In this document: in pieces, positions 7,721 through 16,366 of the stretch
Layout: the number at the start of each line of letters is the position of its first letter
Numbering within the stretch: position 1 is the first letter of the stretch
DNA from: Sedimentisphaerales bacterium
Lineage (GTDB): Bacteria > Planctomycetota > Phycisphaerae > Sedimentisphaerales > Anaerobacaceae
Assembly: GCA_030603595.1 (NCBI GenBank)
Contig: JAUVXL010000068.1
Coordinates: 1 to 19,143 of the forward strand
Length of the DNA stretch: 19,143 nt
Direction of reading: 5' to 3'
Translations under genes and position numbers: made by a program
Notes under the pieces: generated by a model
What the model saw: only the letters and a program-made list of their open reading frames with translations
Database searches by the model: none
What the model was told of the DNA's origin: nothing

Positions 7721-7822
7721 TATACCCTTCAGGGTAATAAATTCCCGCGACTGAGATTCTAACTTCTTGTTCTAAAGTTACTTACCCGCGAACGAACGGG
7801 AAATTTCAACTGGGAACACTAT
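7721..7822. repeat. Copy B of the duplicated intergenic element, upstream of the LeuA-like gene.
   Basis: See copy A. It contains the palindrome TACCCTTCAGGGTA (7723-7736) about 45 nt upstream of the LeuA-like ATG and the local hairpin CCCGCGAACGAACGGG. Confidence 0.6.
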
Positions 7823-7955
7823 ATATCTTGGCAATCATTCTATCGTGTTCTGCCGCAGATGTAAAGGCGCAATTGGTTCGGTATGCAGTGTGGGGTGTGG
7901 CCCTTTGGCAGTGTGCAAACGGGGTATTCACAGGTGCGCGGCGGCATTTGGCGGC

Positions 7956-10049
7956 TTATGGGCGCTCTTTTTCAATACAGTAAAGGTAGCCGGCGATGCG
8001 CAGGAATATGCAGCCGTCGGCGATGGCCGGGGATGCGTAACAACGCCCATTAAGGTCATTCTCGGCAATTATGTTAAATTCGGCGTCTGCTGTGATCACG
8101 GTGGTCAAGCCCTTCGTGTTACAGGCGTAAACTTTTCCGTCGCCGGCGACGAGAGACGAGAGATATCTGCTTCCTTTCAGTCGCTTGTTCCAGAATACGG
8201 CACCGGTGCGGACGTCAAAGCATGTCATCCAGCCCTTATCGTTTACCGTAAAGAGCTTGTCGGCATAAATTACCGGTGAACAGTCGCCGGGAGGCTCCTC
8301 GTCCGATTGCCAGAGCTTCCCGGCCCTTGTGCGTCCGTTCGTACTGATAAGGCGCATCACTACGGTAGCGTTTGGCCCGTCTGTGCTGCCGCCCACGCAG
8401 AGCAAATCAGCGGATCTGGCCATGCTCGCGACGAGTTGGTCGGTGGGGATTCTTTGCATCCAGAGGAACCTGCCGGATTCGACGTCGTAGGAGGCTACGT
8501 TTCCGAGCGATGCAATTATTAGCTGCTCTTGATTGCCGTGACGGTATATCAATGGGGTGGTGTAGCATCCGCGTACGGTCTCCGGCTGGATTCTCCATCG
8601 GGTTAGGCTTGTTCGCTTGTCGAATGCTGCGATCCAGGTCGGTCTTTTACTGTACTCCTCTGCTTCCTGCACTATGATTGCGTTGTCTTTTGTCAAAACC
8701 GGAGAAGCGGAGGCGCCGTATCGACTGTTTTTGAGATAACCGGGGTCCCACTTTTTCCACAGAATCCGGCCTTGAAAATCCAGGCAGGCGGCTCCGACGC
8801 CGAAGTTGACGATGATGTGGGTTCCGTCGGTCGCGGCGGTAGGCGTTGCATACGTGCCGTCGCTGTGTTTGCGCTCTGCGGGGGCTATGAATACAGGCTG
8901 CTGCCACACGAGATTTCCCGTCTCCTTGTCGAAACAGAGGACCACCCGCTGGATTCCCAGTTGTGCTTCAAAGAAATTCGGGGGTATGAAGACGAGCAAC
9001 GATAAAGCCGCCAACAAGGCCGCAGAACACAAGGACACCGCCCCTCCAAATTGCCATAGGTTTTTGTGCCTCCAGCGGATCCTCATGCTTCTGAGTGTAT
9101 CGAGGGCGGCGGTTAGTCGATCCGAAGGTGCGGCAGTTTGTTCTTCGGACAACGCATCCGGCTGCTCTCGCTCGATTCTTAGGTAACTAATCAAATGCCA
9201 GCAGGCTACTATCATCGCCGGAAGCATGAACGCCAGTTTTTCCGACAATTCTATTGACTCGACCCACTGATCCTTGGGCGTGAACTTCACAAAAGGAATT
9301 GCGCTGCAAAGAACCGCTCCGGCTGCAATCAGGCGCCAGATCGAGTGCGCTTTGAGGCGACCAACGGCAACAGCCAATCCGAGCGAGGCAATGCCGCCCG
9401 ATGTGAGCCAAACGGCCGCCCGCACGCCTGCGTCCATCGAGAAGAGATGCTCCATATCCGGATAGCCTTGGTTCGAGAGGAAAAGTCCGACCTTCGCGAA
9501 AATCGAATCAGAATGCTGACGCCAGAGAGTTACAAGCAATGCAAGAGAAATGAAAGCGAGTGATGTGATGCAGCAAAACAGCGTATTAAACCACCCTGCC
9601 AGGGCACGTTTGGCAAACGAAACGCCGTTTTGCTGTTTTGCCGCCGGTTTTCTAAGAAATCCTGCGACGGCTGTGATGAGATAGGCAAGCGCCAGAGCGG
9701 AAGTCGCAATGGCTGTGAGATTCTGCCAGGTTGCGGCTTTCGGGCTTTCGTAGGCGGTTGTCAGGATAACGCGACTGTTACCGACAACGGGCGATGAATT
9801 GCCCTTGCCGGGAATCCTGGTTTTCCATCTTATATTTTGGCTATTGCCGGTCCATACTTCAGGGAGGTTGGTCTCAGACGACACACCAAGTCCCTCAGGT
9901 CCTCGCCACTGGGGCCAGGGCGCCGCCGGTCCCTCATGCGGTTCGGTCCCGAATGCCGCAGCGTGCAGGCTTACCGATAGGAATAAGCAGACCGCCAATA
10001 ACAGTCTTGCCGGATGGTTCACGTTGTTGTACCCGATTTTCTTAGACAT
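7956..10049 (-). CDS. PQQ-repeat (BamB-like) beta-propeller protein with an inserted polytopic membrane domain, 697 aa.
   Basis: Signal peptide ARLLLAVCLFLSVSLHAAA. The motif WPQWRGPEGLGVS and repeated '...W...' blade hairpins are typical of PQQ-like propellers (VVLCFDKETGNLVWQQ, ACLDFQGRILWKK, ASYDVESGRFLWMQ, TCFDVRTGAVFWNK). Between the first blade strand and the rest lie six about 20-residue hydrophobic segments (residues about 113-358). Confidence 0.8.
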   Translation of the reverse strand: MSKKIGYNNVNHPARLLLAVCLFLSVSLHAAAFGTEPHEGPAAPWPQWRGPEGLGVSSETNLPEVWTGNSQNIRWKTRIPGKGNSSPVVGNSRVILTTAYESPKAATWQNLTAIATSALALAYLITAVAGFLRKPAAKQQNGVSFAKRALAGWFNTLFCCITSLAFISLALLVTLWRQHSDSIFAKVGLFLSNQGYPDMEHLFSMDAGVRAAVWLTSGGIASLGLAVAVGRLKAHSIWRLIAAGAVLCSAIPFVKFTPKDQWVESIELSEKLAFMLPAMIVACWHLISYLRIEREQPDALSEEQTAAPSDRLTAALDTLRSMRIRWRHKNLWQFGGAVSLCSAALLAALSLLVFIPPNFFEAQLGIQRVVLCFDKETGNLVWQQPVFIAPAERKHSDGTYATPTAATDGTHIIVNFGVGAACLDFQGRILWKKWDPGYLKNSRYGASASPVLTKDNAIIVQEAEEYSKRPTWIAAFDKRTSLTRWRIQPETVRGCYTTPLIYRHGNQEQLIIASLGNVASYDVESGRFLWMQRIPTDQLVASMARSADLLCVGGSTDGPNATVVMRLISTNGRTRAGKLWQSDEEPPGDCSPVIYADKLFTVNDKGWMTCFDVRTGAVFWNKRLKGSRYLSSLVAGDGKVYACNTKGLTTVITADAEFNIIAENDLNGRCYASPAIADGCIFLRIAGYLYCIEKERP

Positions 10050-10242
10050 TTCACAAAAGTCATTCTAATCGCCACAGTGAGAACGCATTGTATCATAAAT
10101 ACTATCCAATGCAAATTTTCAAGAATGGGGCCAGCCCGGGTGAACAACAGATGCGAATTTCCTTGTCGTCGAGCCGGGTATATCTTATCTTGATCGCAGA
10201 AATACCGAGCAGGGCACAAAGATTATTAAGGAGAAAAGACAG

Positions 10243-11139
10243 ATGAAAGCAGAACAACAGAGTAGAAGGCAGTTCATTAAGCTGGCCGGTGCGGGGGCGG
10301 CTGTTTCATTGACCGGGACGGCGGACGCCTCGGCAATGTTGTACAGTTCAAGAATCGCAGTGAGAGGGGGCAAGCCGCAGTTCAAGCTTGGTTTGGCTTC
10401 GTACACGTTACGAAAGTTCAAGCTCGATGAGACATTGGCGATGACCAAGCGGGTCGGATTGAAGTATATCTGCTTCAAGAGCTTTCATTTGGCGCTGGAC
10501 AGCAGTGACGAGCAGATACGCGAGGTCGTCAAAAAGGTCAAGGACGCCGGGCTGATTCTCTATGGCGGGGGGGTGATCTCGATGAACAAGGAGGCCGATG
10601 TGGACAGGGCGTTCGAGTACGCCAAGGCCGCGGGGATGAAGGTTATCGTCGGCGCGCCTTCGCCGGGGCTTCTGGGGCTGGTGGATAAAAAGGTCAAGCA
10701 GTACGACATCAAACTGGCCATTCATAATCACGGTCCGGGGGATAAGAATTATCCCACGCCCGACCAGGCCTACGATAAGATCAAACAGTATGACAAACGA
10801 ATCGGCTTTTGCCATGACATCGGGCACACGCAGCGATTGGGGATCGATCCGGTCGTCTCGACCGAGAAGGTCGCGGACCGCCTGCTCGATGTCCACATGA
10901 AAGACGTCACCGGCCCAACGACGAAGGACAGCGGCTGTGAAATCGGTCGCGGCGTGATTGACATTCCGAGGTTTCTGAGGACCCTGATAAAGATCAATTA
11001 CGCCGGGATCGTGTCGTTCGAATACGAAAAGGACGCCGACGATCCGCTGGCGGGCCTGGCCGAATCCGTCGGCTACGTCAAGGGCGCTCTGGCCGCCATA
11101 CAGCCGTCGGTTGCCAAAGATAAGTTCCTTGCCCCATAA
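10243..11139 (+). CDS. Tat-exported xylose-isomerase-like TIM-barrel protein (sugar phosphate isomerase/epimerase family), 298 aa.
   Basis: AGGAG RBS sits 9 nt upstream. The twin-arginine motif is SRRQFIKLAGAGAAVSL...ASA. The core is TIM-barrel family-like (KLGLASYTLRKF, GLKYICFKSFHL, MKVIVGAPSPG, LAIHNHG, CHDIGH). Confidence 0.85.
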   Translation: MKAEQQSRRQFIKLAGAGAAVSLTGTADASAMLYSSRIAVRGGKPQFKLGLASYTLRKFKLDETLAMTKRVGLKYICFKSFHLALDSSDEQIREVVKKVKDAGLILYGGGVISMNKEADVDRAFEYAKAAGMKVIVGAPSPGLLGLVDKKVKQYDIKLAIHNHGPGDKNYPTPDQAYDKIKQYDKRIGFCHDIGHTQRLGIDPVVSTEKVADRLLDVHMKDVTGPTTKDSGCEIGRGVIDIPRFLRTLIKINYAGIVSFEYEKDADDPLAGLAESVGYVKGALAAIQPSVAKDKFLAP

Positions 11140-11219
11140 GACAGGCCACAGGCATCGAGTATCGAGCACCGAGTCAAATTAACCGGGCTTCGCCTGGGAC
11201 TTTTACAATAGCCTCATCC

Positions 11220-11309
11220 TGTCATCCCCGCGAAGCTTGTCCTCGACCCCGATCGGGGAGCAGGGGTCCAGAGCGAAAAAGCTGGATTCCCGCTTCCGCG
11301 GGAATGACA
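11220..11309. repeat. Imperfect 18-bp inverted repeat with nested hairpins between convergent genes. Bidirectional terminator or REP/MITE-like element.
   Basis: TGTCATCCCCGCGAAGC (11220-11236) is the reverse complement of GCTTCCGCGGGAATGACA (11292-11309) apart from one mismatch and one indel. Inside are CCCCGATCGGGG and TTCCCGC-TTCC-GCGGGAA (11288-11305). Downstream is TGTTTC-cgcaaca-GAAACA. Confidence 0.5.
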
Positions 11310-11354
11310 AACACTGTTTCCGCAACAGAAACTAAATAACAAATTCCTATACCA

Positions 11355-12392
11355 TCAAGTTAGTTTCACTTTTCTTTGCTCCTTGGCCGATTTGTATATC
11401 GCGAGTATTACTTCTACGGCTTTTCGTGCTTCTGCTCCGTCGATCCAGAAATCTTCGCCTGTTTCGAGGGCTTTTAGGAATGCCTGGAAGTTTCTCGTAT
11501 GATTTTCGTAGTCTATTGCGGCCGGGTCTGAGACTCCTCCTCCGCCTGTGATGCCGCCGAACTTGGCTCGTATTTCTTCGTCCTGCGGTTTTTCATCGGC
11601 GAACTGCCAGACGGTGAAGCTGTCCTCGACCTGGATGACGGTGCCCTTTGTGCCCATGATCTCGAAGCGTCTGAACTGGCCGGGCCAGGATGCGGTGGTC
11701 CCGTAGATAACGCCTAATGCGCCGTTGGCGTACTTCAGGGCGGCGACGGCGGTGTCCTCGGTCTCTATGTCGTGGCCGATGGCGCCGGTATATGCCTGGA
11801 GCGATTCGATGGGGGGCATTATGTCGCAGAGCATATCGACCATGTGGATGGACTGGTTCATCATCGCTCCGCCGCCGTCGAGCTTCCATGTGCCGTGCCA
11901 TGAATCCTTGTAGTACTCGTCCGTTCGCCACCAGGGGACGTAGATGCCGGCGTAGCTGATCGTTCCGAATCGGCCCGAGTTTATCGCGTCTCGCAGGACC
12001 TTCTGCGAGTCGTTGAAGCGGTATGGGAATATTCCGCCTAATCGCGTGCCTGCCTTTTCGTGGGCTGCGATCATTGCGTCTATTCTATCGAGCGTGATTT
12101 CGACGGGCTTTTCGCATATTACGTGCTTGCCCGCTTCGGCGGCGGCGACTGCCGGCTCGAGGTGAAAGCCGCTCGGCGTGGCGATGGTGACAACATCTAT
12201 ATCGTCGCTCGCCATCATATCCTGATACGTATCGAATGCCTTGGCGTCGTATTTTTCAGCCAGCGCGGCGGCCCTTTCGGGGATCTTGTCGCAACAGCCG
12301 ACGAGCTTCGCGTTATCGAGGTCGCCTATTGCGCGTGCGTGAAAATCGGCGATCAGGCCCGAACCCACTACTCCCAAATTCCAGGTTTTCAT
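11355..12392 (-). CDS. Gfo/Idh/MocA-family NAD(P)-dependent oxidoreductase, cytoplasmic, 345 aa.
   Basis: N-terminal Rossmann motif LGVVGSGLIADFHARAI. EKP motif ICEKPVEITL. The overall length and the C-terminal alpha/beta domain are typical of the family. Confidence 0.85.
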   Translation of the reverse strand: MKTWNLGVVGSGLIADFHARAIGDLDNAKLVGCCDKIPERAAALAEKYDAKAFDTYQDMMASDDIDVVTIATPSGFHLEPAVAAAEAGKHVICEKPVEITLDRIDAMIAAHEKAGTRLGGIFPYRFNDSQKVLRDAINSGRFGTISYAGIYVPWWRTDEYYKDSWHGTWKLDGGGAMMNQSIHMVDMLCDIMPPIESLQAYTGAIGHDIETEDTAVAALKYANGALGVIYGTTASWPGQFRRFEIMGTKGTVIQVEDSFTVWQFADEKPQDEEIRAKFGGITGGGGVSDPAAIDYENHTRNFQAFLKALETGEDFWIDGAEARKAVEVILAIYKSAKEQRKVKLT

Positions 12393-12488
12393 GTTTCGTT
12401 ATCCTTTCAAATTGTTTTCAGGCCATCGATAAGATTTGAGATTGCCGCGTCGGCCTTTGGCCTCCTCGCAATGACAACTGCTGTGAAT

Positions 12489-13325
12489 TTAATCACACTG
12501 TAAACCGACCTCTGCGGAGAGTTCTCTTACTGCTGCGATAGCTTTTGAGAACAACTCGCTTCCGGTCGAGCCTCCGAACTGGCCGCCTTGCTGGAGGTGC
12601 GGCTCCATTGTCATGCAGCCGTCGTAGTTCATCGCCGCTAATTCTGCGAGCATTTCTTTTATTTGGCCGTCGCCTTCGCCGGGGATGCTGCCGACGTCGG
12701 TGGCGCCGAGTTTCCAATCCTTAATATGAATGTGCACGATGTACGGCTTCATTACGGGGAAGCACAGCTCGACGTTGTTGGTCATTTTCTCGCCCCAGAC
12801 GAAGTTGGCCGGGTCATAGACCAGTCGCAGCTTTGGCGAATTGACGGCCTCGACCATCTCGACGCAGTTCTCGGCGGTGTGGCCGTAGATGTTGGCCTCG
12901 TTCTCGTGGACCATCGTAACATCGACATCCGTGAGCAAATCCGCCTTCGCCGCCATGCGATCCATTACCTGGTCGCGATAGTCGTCGATATTCTTGCCCT
13001 CGGGTGCGTAGTAGCTGAACATCCGTATGAAGGGCGTTTCGAGCAAGATCGCCAGGTCGATGGCGTGCTTGAATTTGTCGAGGTGGGGCTCGAACGGTTC
13101 ATCGAGCTTCACCTTGCCTATCGGCGAGCCGATGGCGCTTACCTTCAAGCCGTGGTCCTGTATCATCTTTTTGACCTCGTCCAACTCGCCTTTGCTCAGG
13201 TCCATCAAATTCTTCCCGTCCACAAATCGCGGCTCGATGTAGCCCACACGCTCCTTGGCAAGGTATTCGACCTGCGCGAGAAAACCATCCGTTACTTCAT
13301 CCGCAAATGCACTTAATTTCGCCAT
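12489..13325 (-). CDS. Xylose-isomerase-like TIM-barrel protein (sugar phosphate isomerase/epimerase family), cytoplasmic, 278 aa.
   Basis: No signal peptide. Family-like segments are GYIEPRF, GLKVSAIGSPIG, FIRMFSYYAPEG, VTMVHENEANIYG and MTMEPHLQ. Confidence 0.8.
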   Translation of the reverse strand: MAKLSAFADEVTDGFLAQVEYLAKERVGYIEPRFVDGKNLMDLSKGELDEVKKMIQDHGLKVSAIGSPIGKVKLDEPFEPHLDKFKHAIDLAILLETPFIRMFSYYAPEGKNIDDYRDQVMDRMAAKADLLTDVDVTMVHENEANIYGHTAENCVEMVEAVNSPKLRLVYDPANFVWGEKMTNNVELCFPVMKPYIVHIHIKDWKLGATDVGSIPGEGDGQIKEMLAELAAMNYDGCMTMEPHLQQGGQFGGSTGSELFSKAIAAVRELSAEVGLQCD

Positions 13326-13362
13326 TTTCTATTACTCCGTTTCTCATTTTTTGCCACCAAGG

Positions 13363-13432
13363 CACTAAGACACCAAGTTTTATTGTATTGGTTTTTGATT
13401 TTCCTTTTCTTCGTGTCTTTGTGTCTTAGCGG
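13363..13432. other. Inverted repeat CACTAAGACAC / GTGTCTTAGCG enclosing a 42-nt AT-rich loop, immediately downstream of the enolase-family gene stop on the minus strand. Possible intercistronic RNA structure.
   Basis: Arms are at 13363-13373 and 13421-13431 (10/11 complementary). The loop is strikingly AT-rich relative to its surroundings. GTGTCTT occurs twice in tandem (13413-13427). Confidence 0.35.
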
Positions 13433-14836
13433 CTATTTTTCAAATCTTGCCGCTAAATCGGGCAGGTTCCTTTTTATTTCGTCTAACCGATATCCGAAGC
13501 CGGGGCCTTTTATTGTTGAGAGGTCAACCTGACCGTTGCGTCGTCGATACAAGCCGGGGTGGACGGCCTCTTCTGGTTGTGAGGCGGCCGGGTAGAACTG
13601 CATCGCGTTGGTCTCGACTCCCATGATCGTCCCTGCGTGTGCGGCGAGACGGACGTGTGGAATCTGGGCGAGCATGGGGTTGGTGAGGTCCTGGACCATT
13701 AGAGTCATCCCGTGCGCCTTTGCCCAGCACAGGCTCAGGATCGCGCCTGATTGAGTCTTGCAGGTCTTGAGGGCGACTCCCGTCCAGCCCAGGCTTCGGC
13801 CGAGTCGGATGAGCTTCCAGTCGTGTGCGCTTTCGTCCATGAATAGTGGCTTTCGGGCCGAGACGCTGTGGACGTCGATCTGGTTCTCTTCCAAGTCGTA
13901 GGGGAAGGGCTGCTCGACGTAGAGTATCATCTGGTAGATTCGCGGGTGCTCGACGATGAGGCAGTCGAGGATGTCGTTGACGTAGGCCGGGTCGGTGACT
14001 GTGCAGTTGAAATCGCTTGTGAGCCAACAGACGCCGTGCTCAATCGCAATATGGCCGACTTTGACGAGCCGTTCGTAGTCCCAGATCGCGTCGTTGCCGC
14101 GGAGTTTCACTTTCAGGCACGTCAGGCCATCGCGCTCGATCCAGTCGGGCAGCAGGACGGGGTAGCCGTCGTTGGGTTCCTGGCCGGTCAGTTCCGAGGC
14201 ATTGAGCAGGTCCTTGCCGCCGACTAAGTGCCAGGCGGGCAGCGCCTTGGGTGCGGGGAATTCGAGAAAATCGGCGGGGTATTTGCCTGCAAACGATACG
14301 TTCGATCCGTCGGCCGGGTCGATAAGGCCCGCCAGGTCGGTATTCATAAATTCGGGCGTGTAGGTTGTATAGACATCGCGTTCGAGAAGCTCGCCGAAGG
14401 CGTCGTGCAGGGCTACGTCGAAGGCCGAGCAGCAAACCAACGCCGCCAACCACGGCATCGCCTCGGCCTCATCGCCTCGCCCGCTGTTCAAATCCTCCAA
14501 TAGGTCGGGCAGAACCTCCTCGATAAAAGCCGCGCCCAATTCGATCGGATGACCCTGCCTGTCGAATCCAGCCCAGGCCTCGGCGACAATCTTGCAGAAA
14601 AGCTGCATCGAATCGCATCTATACCTGTAAGCAGCACTGCTTGGCCAAGCCCACTGAACGCTAAGCGGAGTCTCACCCCAGCCCCGGGCAGTATTGCCGT
14701 TCGCATCCCTGACCGTAATGCAGACCCGCGCGCATATAACCGAAGTCAGCGTCTCAGGCCCGAACTTGAGCGGGACCCGCGTTTCCACGCCAATAAAGTA
14801 CAAATCCACAGCCGTCGCGGCGATATCCGTTTTCAT
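13433..14836 (-). CDS. Enolase-superfamily enzyme, mandelate-racemase/sugar-acid dehydratase-like, 467 aa.
   Basis: N-terminal capping-domain pattern (YFIGVETRVPLKFG, ARGWGE). The KxK motif is LKVKLRGND. Putative metal ligands lie in DFNCTV, YVEQPFP and LFMDESAHD (D / E / D spacing typical of the MR subgroup). AAGGA RBS sits 7 nt upstream of the ATG at 14836. Confidence 0.8.
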   Translation of the reverse strand: MKTDIAATAVDLYFIGVETRVPLKFGPETLTSVICARVCITVRDANGNTARGWGETPLSVQWAWPSSAAYRYRCDSMQLFCKIVAEAWAGFDRQGHPIELGAAFIEEVLPDLLEDLNSGRGDEAEAMPWLAALVCCSAFDVALHDAFGELLERDVYTTYTPEFMNTDLAGLIDPADGSNVSFAGKYPADFLEFPAPKALPAWHLVGGKDLLNASELTGQEPNDGYPVLLPDWIERDGLTCLKVKLRGNDAIWDYERLVKVGHIAIEHGVCWLTSDFNCTVTDPAYVNDILDCLIVEHPRIYQMILYVEQPFPYDLEENQIDVHSVSARKPLFMDESAHDWKLIRLGRSLGWTGVALKTCKTQSGAILSLCWAKAHGMTLMVQDLTNPMLAQIPHVRLAAHAGTIMGVETNAMQFYPAASQPEEAVHPGLYRRRNGQVDLSTIKGPGFGYRLDEIKRNLPDLAARFEK

Positions 14837-15156
14837 CGCAAGTTCCTTGATGCCCTGTTTAACAATATTTCAGCCACTCGGCAGTCGAAGCAGCCGTGTA
14901 GAAAAGCTCCTATTTCACTATGCACGAGATTCACCGATGGTTGATAAGGTAGATTCTTATCCGGCGGGCGATTATTGTCAACCGAAACTTCTGCTTATTG
15001 TCGAGCGTTGGTGTTTGGGCGGGCGGATTTCTTTTCCAACAGGGGCTTGCGGGGTGGGATTGTTCGGGCTATACTGAAGAATTCGATGGGGCTTGCCCCC
15101 GGAATGGTGAAAACCGTCTGAAAATGTAACTTATGCGCGATTGAAAGGAGTAAAGG

Positions 15157-16329
15157 ATGAAACTTAACAGGAAGTTGAATATGGGTATGGTTGGCGGCGG
15201 ACCTGGGGCTTTTATCGGCGAGGTGCATCGCAGGGCCTCGCGGATGGACGGTCAGATTCAATTAGTATCGGGCGCGTTCGACATCAATCCCCGTAAATCC
15301 AAGCAGCAGGGAAAGGAGCTTATGCTGCCGTCGAGGCGGGTATATCGCAACTATCAGGAGATGATCGAGAAGGAGTTCAAGCTCCCCGACGGCGAGAGGA
15401 TCGATTTCGTTGTGATTACCACGCCGAACAACTGGCACTTCCCCATTGCAAAAGATTTCCTCGAAGCGGGTTTCCATGTGATGTGCGAGAAGCCGATGAC
15501 GTTCAACGTCGCCGAGGCCAAGCAGTTGAAGAAGCTGGTTCAGAAGTCACGCAAGGTCTTCGGGCTGATGCACAACTACACCGGCTATCCGATGGTGAAA
15601 CTCGCCAAGGACCTGGTCCGCGGCGGCGAGGTCGGCAAGATCCGCAAGGTCGTGGTGCAGTATCCGCAGGGCTGGCTTGCGACGCCTATCGAGAAAACGG
15701 GCCAGCAGCAGGCCGCCTGGCGAACCGACCCCAAGCAGAGCGGCGGGGCCGGCTGCATGGGCGATATCGGGACTCACGCCGAGAACCTCTCCGAGTATAT
15801 CACCGGATTGAAGATTAAAGAGATTTGCGCCGACTTGAGCATTTTCGTCAAGGGCCGCAGGCTCGACGACGACGGCAACTGTCTGCTGCGATTCAACAAT
15901 GGGGCAAGGGGCATCCTGCACGCCAGCCAGATCTCTATCGGCGAAGAAAACAATCTCGCCATCTGGATTTACGGCGAGGAGAAGAGCCTCGAATGGCATC
16001 AGGAGCATCCGAATTACCTGTACGTCAAGGCGCCGGACGGCCCGGAACAGGTTTGGAAGCGAGGCAATGATTACGTCGGAGCGGCAAGCCCGGCGGCCGG
16101 TCGCGCCACGCGTCTTCCGTCCGGCCACCCGGAGGCATTCTTCGAGGCCTTCGCCAACAATTACGTCAACTTCGCCGATACCGTGCGGGCGAAAATGACC
16201 AGGACCAAGCCGGACCCGCTGGCGCTGGACTTCCCGAACGTTGACGACGGGCTGCGAGGCATGCTCTTCATCGAAACCGTCCTGGCCAGCACCAAGAGCA
16301 AGAAGAAGTGGACCGCCTTCAAGAAGTAA
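15157..16329 (+). CDS. Gfo/Idh/MocA-family oxidoreductase, cytoplasmic, 390 aa.
   Basis: AAAGGAG RBS. Rossmann motif [16 protein letters not shown]. The EKP motif is the [10 protein letters not shown] form of EKP. No signal peptide. Confidence 0.85.
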   Translation: MKLNRKLNMGMVGGGPGAFIGEVHRRASRMDGQIQLVSGAFDINPRKSKQQGKELMLPSRRVYRNYQEMIEKEFKLPDGERIDFVVITTPNNWHFPIAKDFLEAGFHVMCEKPMTFNVAEAKQLKKLVQKSRKVFGLMHNYTGYPMVKLAKDLVRGGEVGKIRKVVVQYPQGWLATPIEKTGQQQAAWRTDPKQSGGAGCMGDIGTHAENLSEYITGLKIKEICADLSIFVKGRRLDDDGNCLLRFNNGARGILHASQISIGEENNLAIWIYGEEKSLEWHQEHPNYLYVKAPDGPEQVWKRGNDYVGAASPAAGRATRLPSGHPEAFFEAFANNYVNFADTVRAKMTRTKPDPLALDFPNVDDGLRGMLFIETVLASTKSKKKWTAFKK

Positions 16330-16366
16330 TGTTGGAGGTATGAAAATTTTTCGAAAGGACCTATTT

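Noticed and set aside
10101-10130. Possible third degenerate copy of the HAD/LeuA upstream element upstream of the PQQ-propeller gene (actat...gcaaattttcaag...gggg).
   Set aside because: Only two short blocks resemble the element and they occur in the opposite order. The diagnostic TACCCT..AGGGTA palindrome and GAACGAACGGG block are absent.
10050-10242. Sigma70-like promoter calls (e.g. TTGTCG ... TATCTT in the divergent region and TTGAAA inside the repeat element).
   Set aside because: The -35/-10 spacings do not fit well, and promoter consensus for this lineage is not established. Calling them would be guesswork.
10408-11169. 253-aa ORF antisense to the Tat TIM-barrel gene. Similar antisense ORFs occur at 12663-13316, 15547-16422, 16361-17365, 17797-18249 and 18298-18744.
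   Set aside because: They are shadow ORFs of GC-rich genes. Their translations are Arg/Leu/Gly/Pro-rich and lack motifs. The sense-strand genes have clear family signatures.
16241-16366. Upstream extension of the Tat Gfo/Idh/MocA ORF, overlapping the end of the preceding oxidoreductase gene.
   Set aside because: The extension is translated from the other gene's coding DNA (Pro/Arg/Ser-rich). A good RBS and ATG at 16367 give a canonical twin-arginine signal N-terminus.
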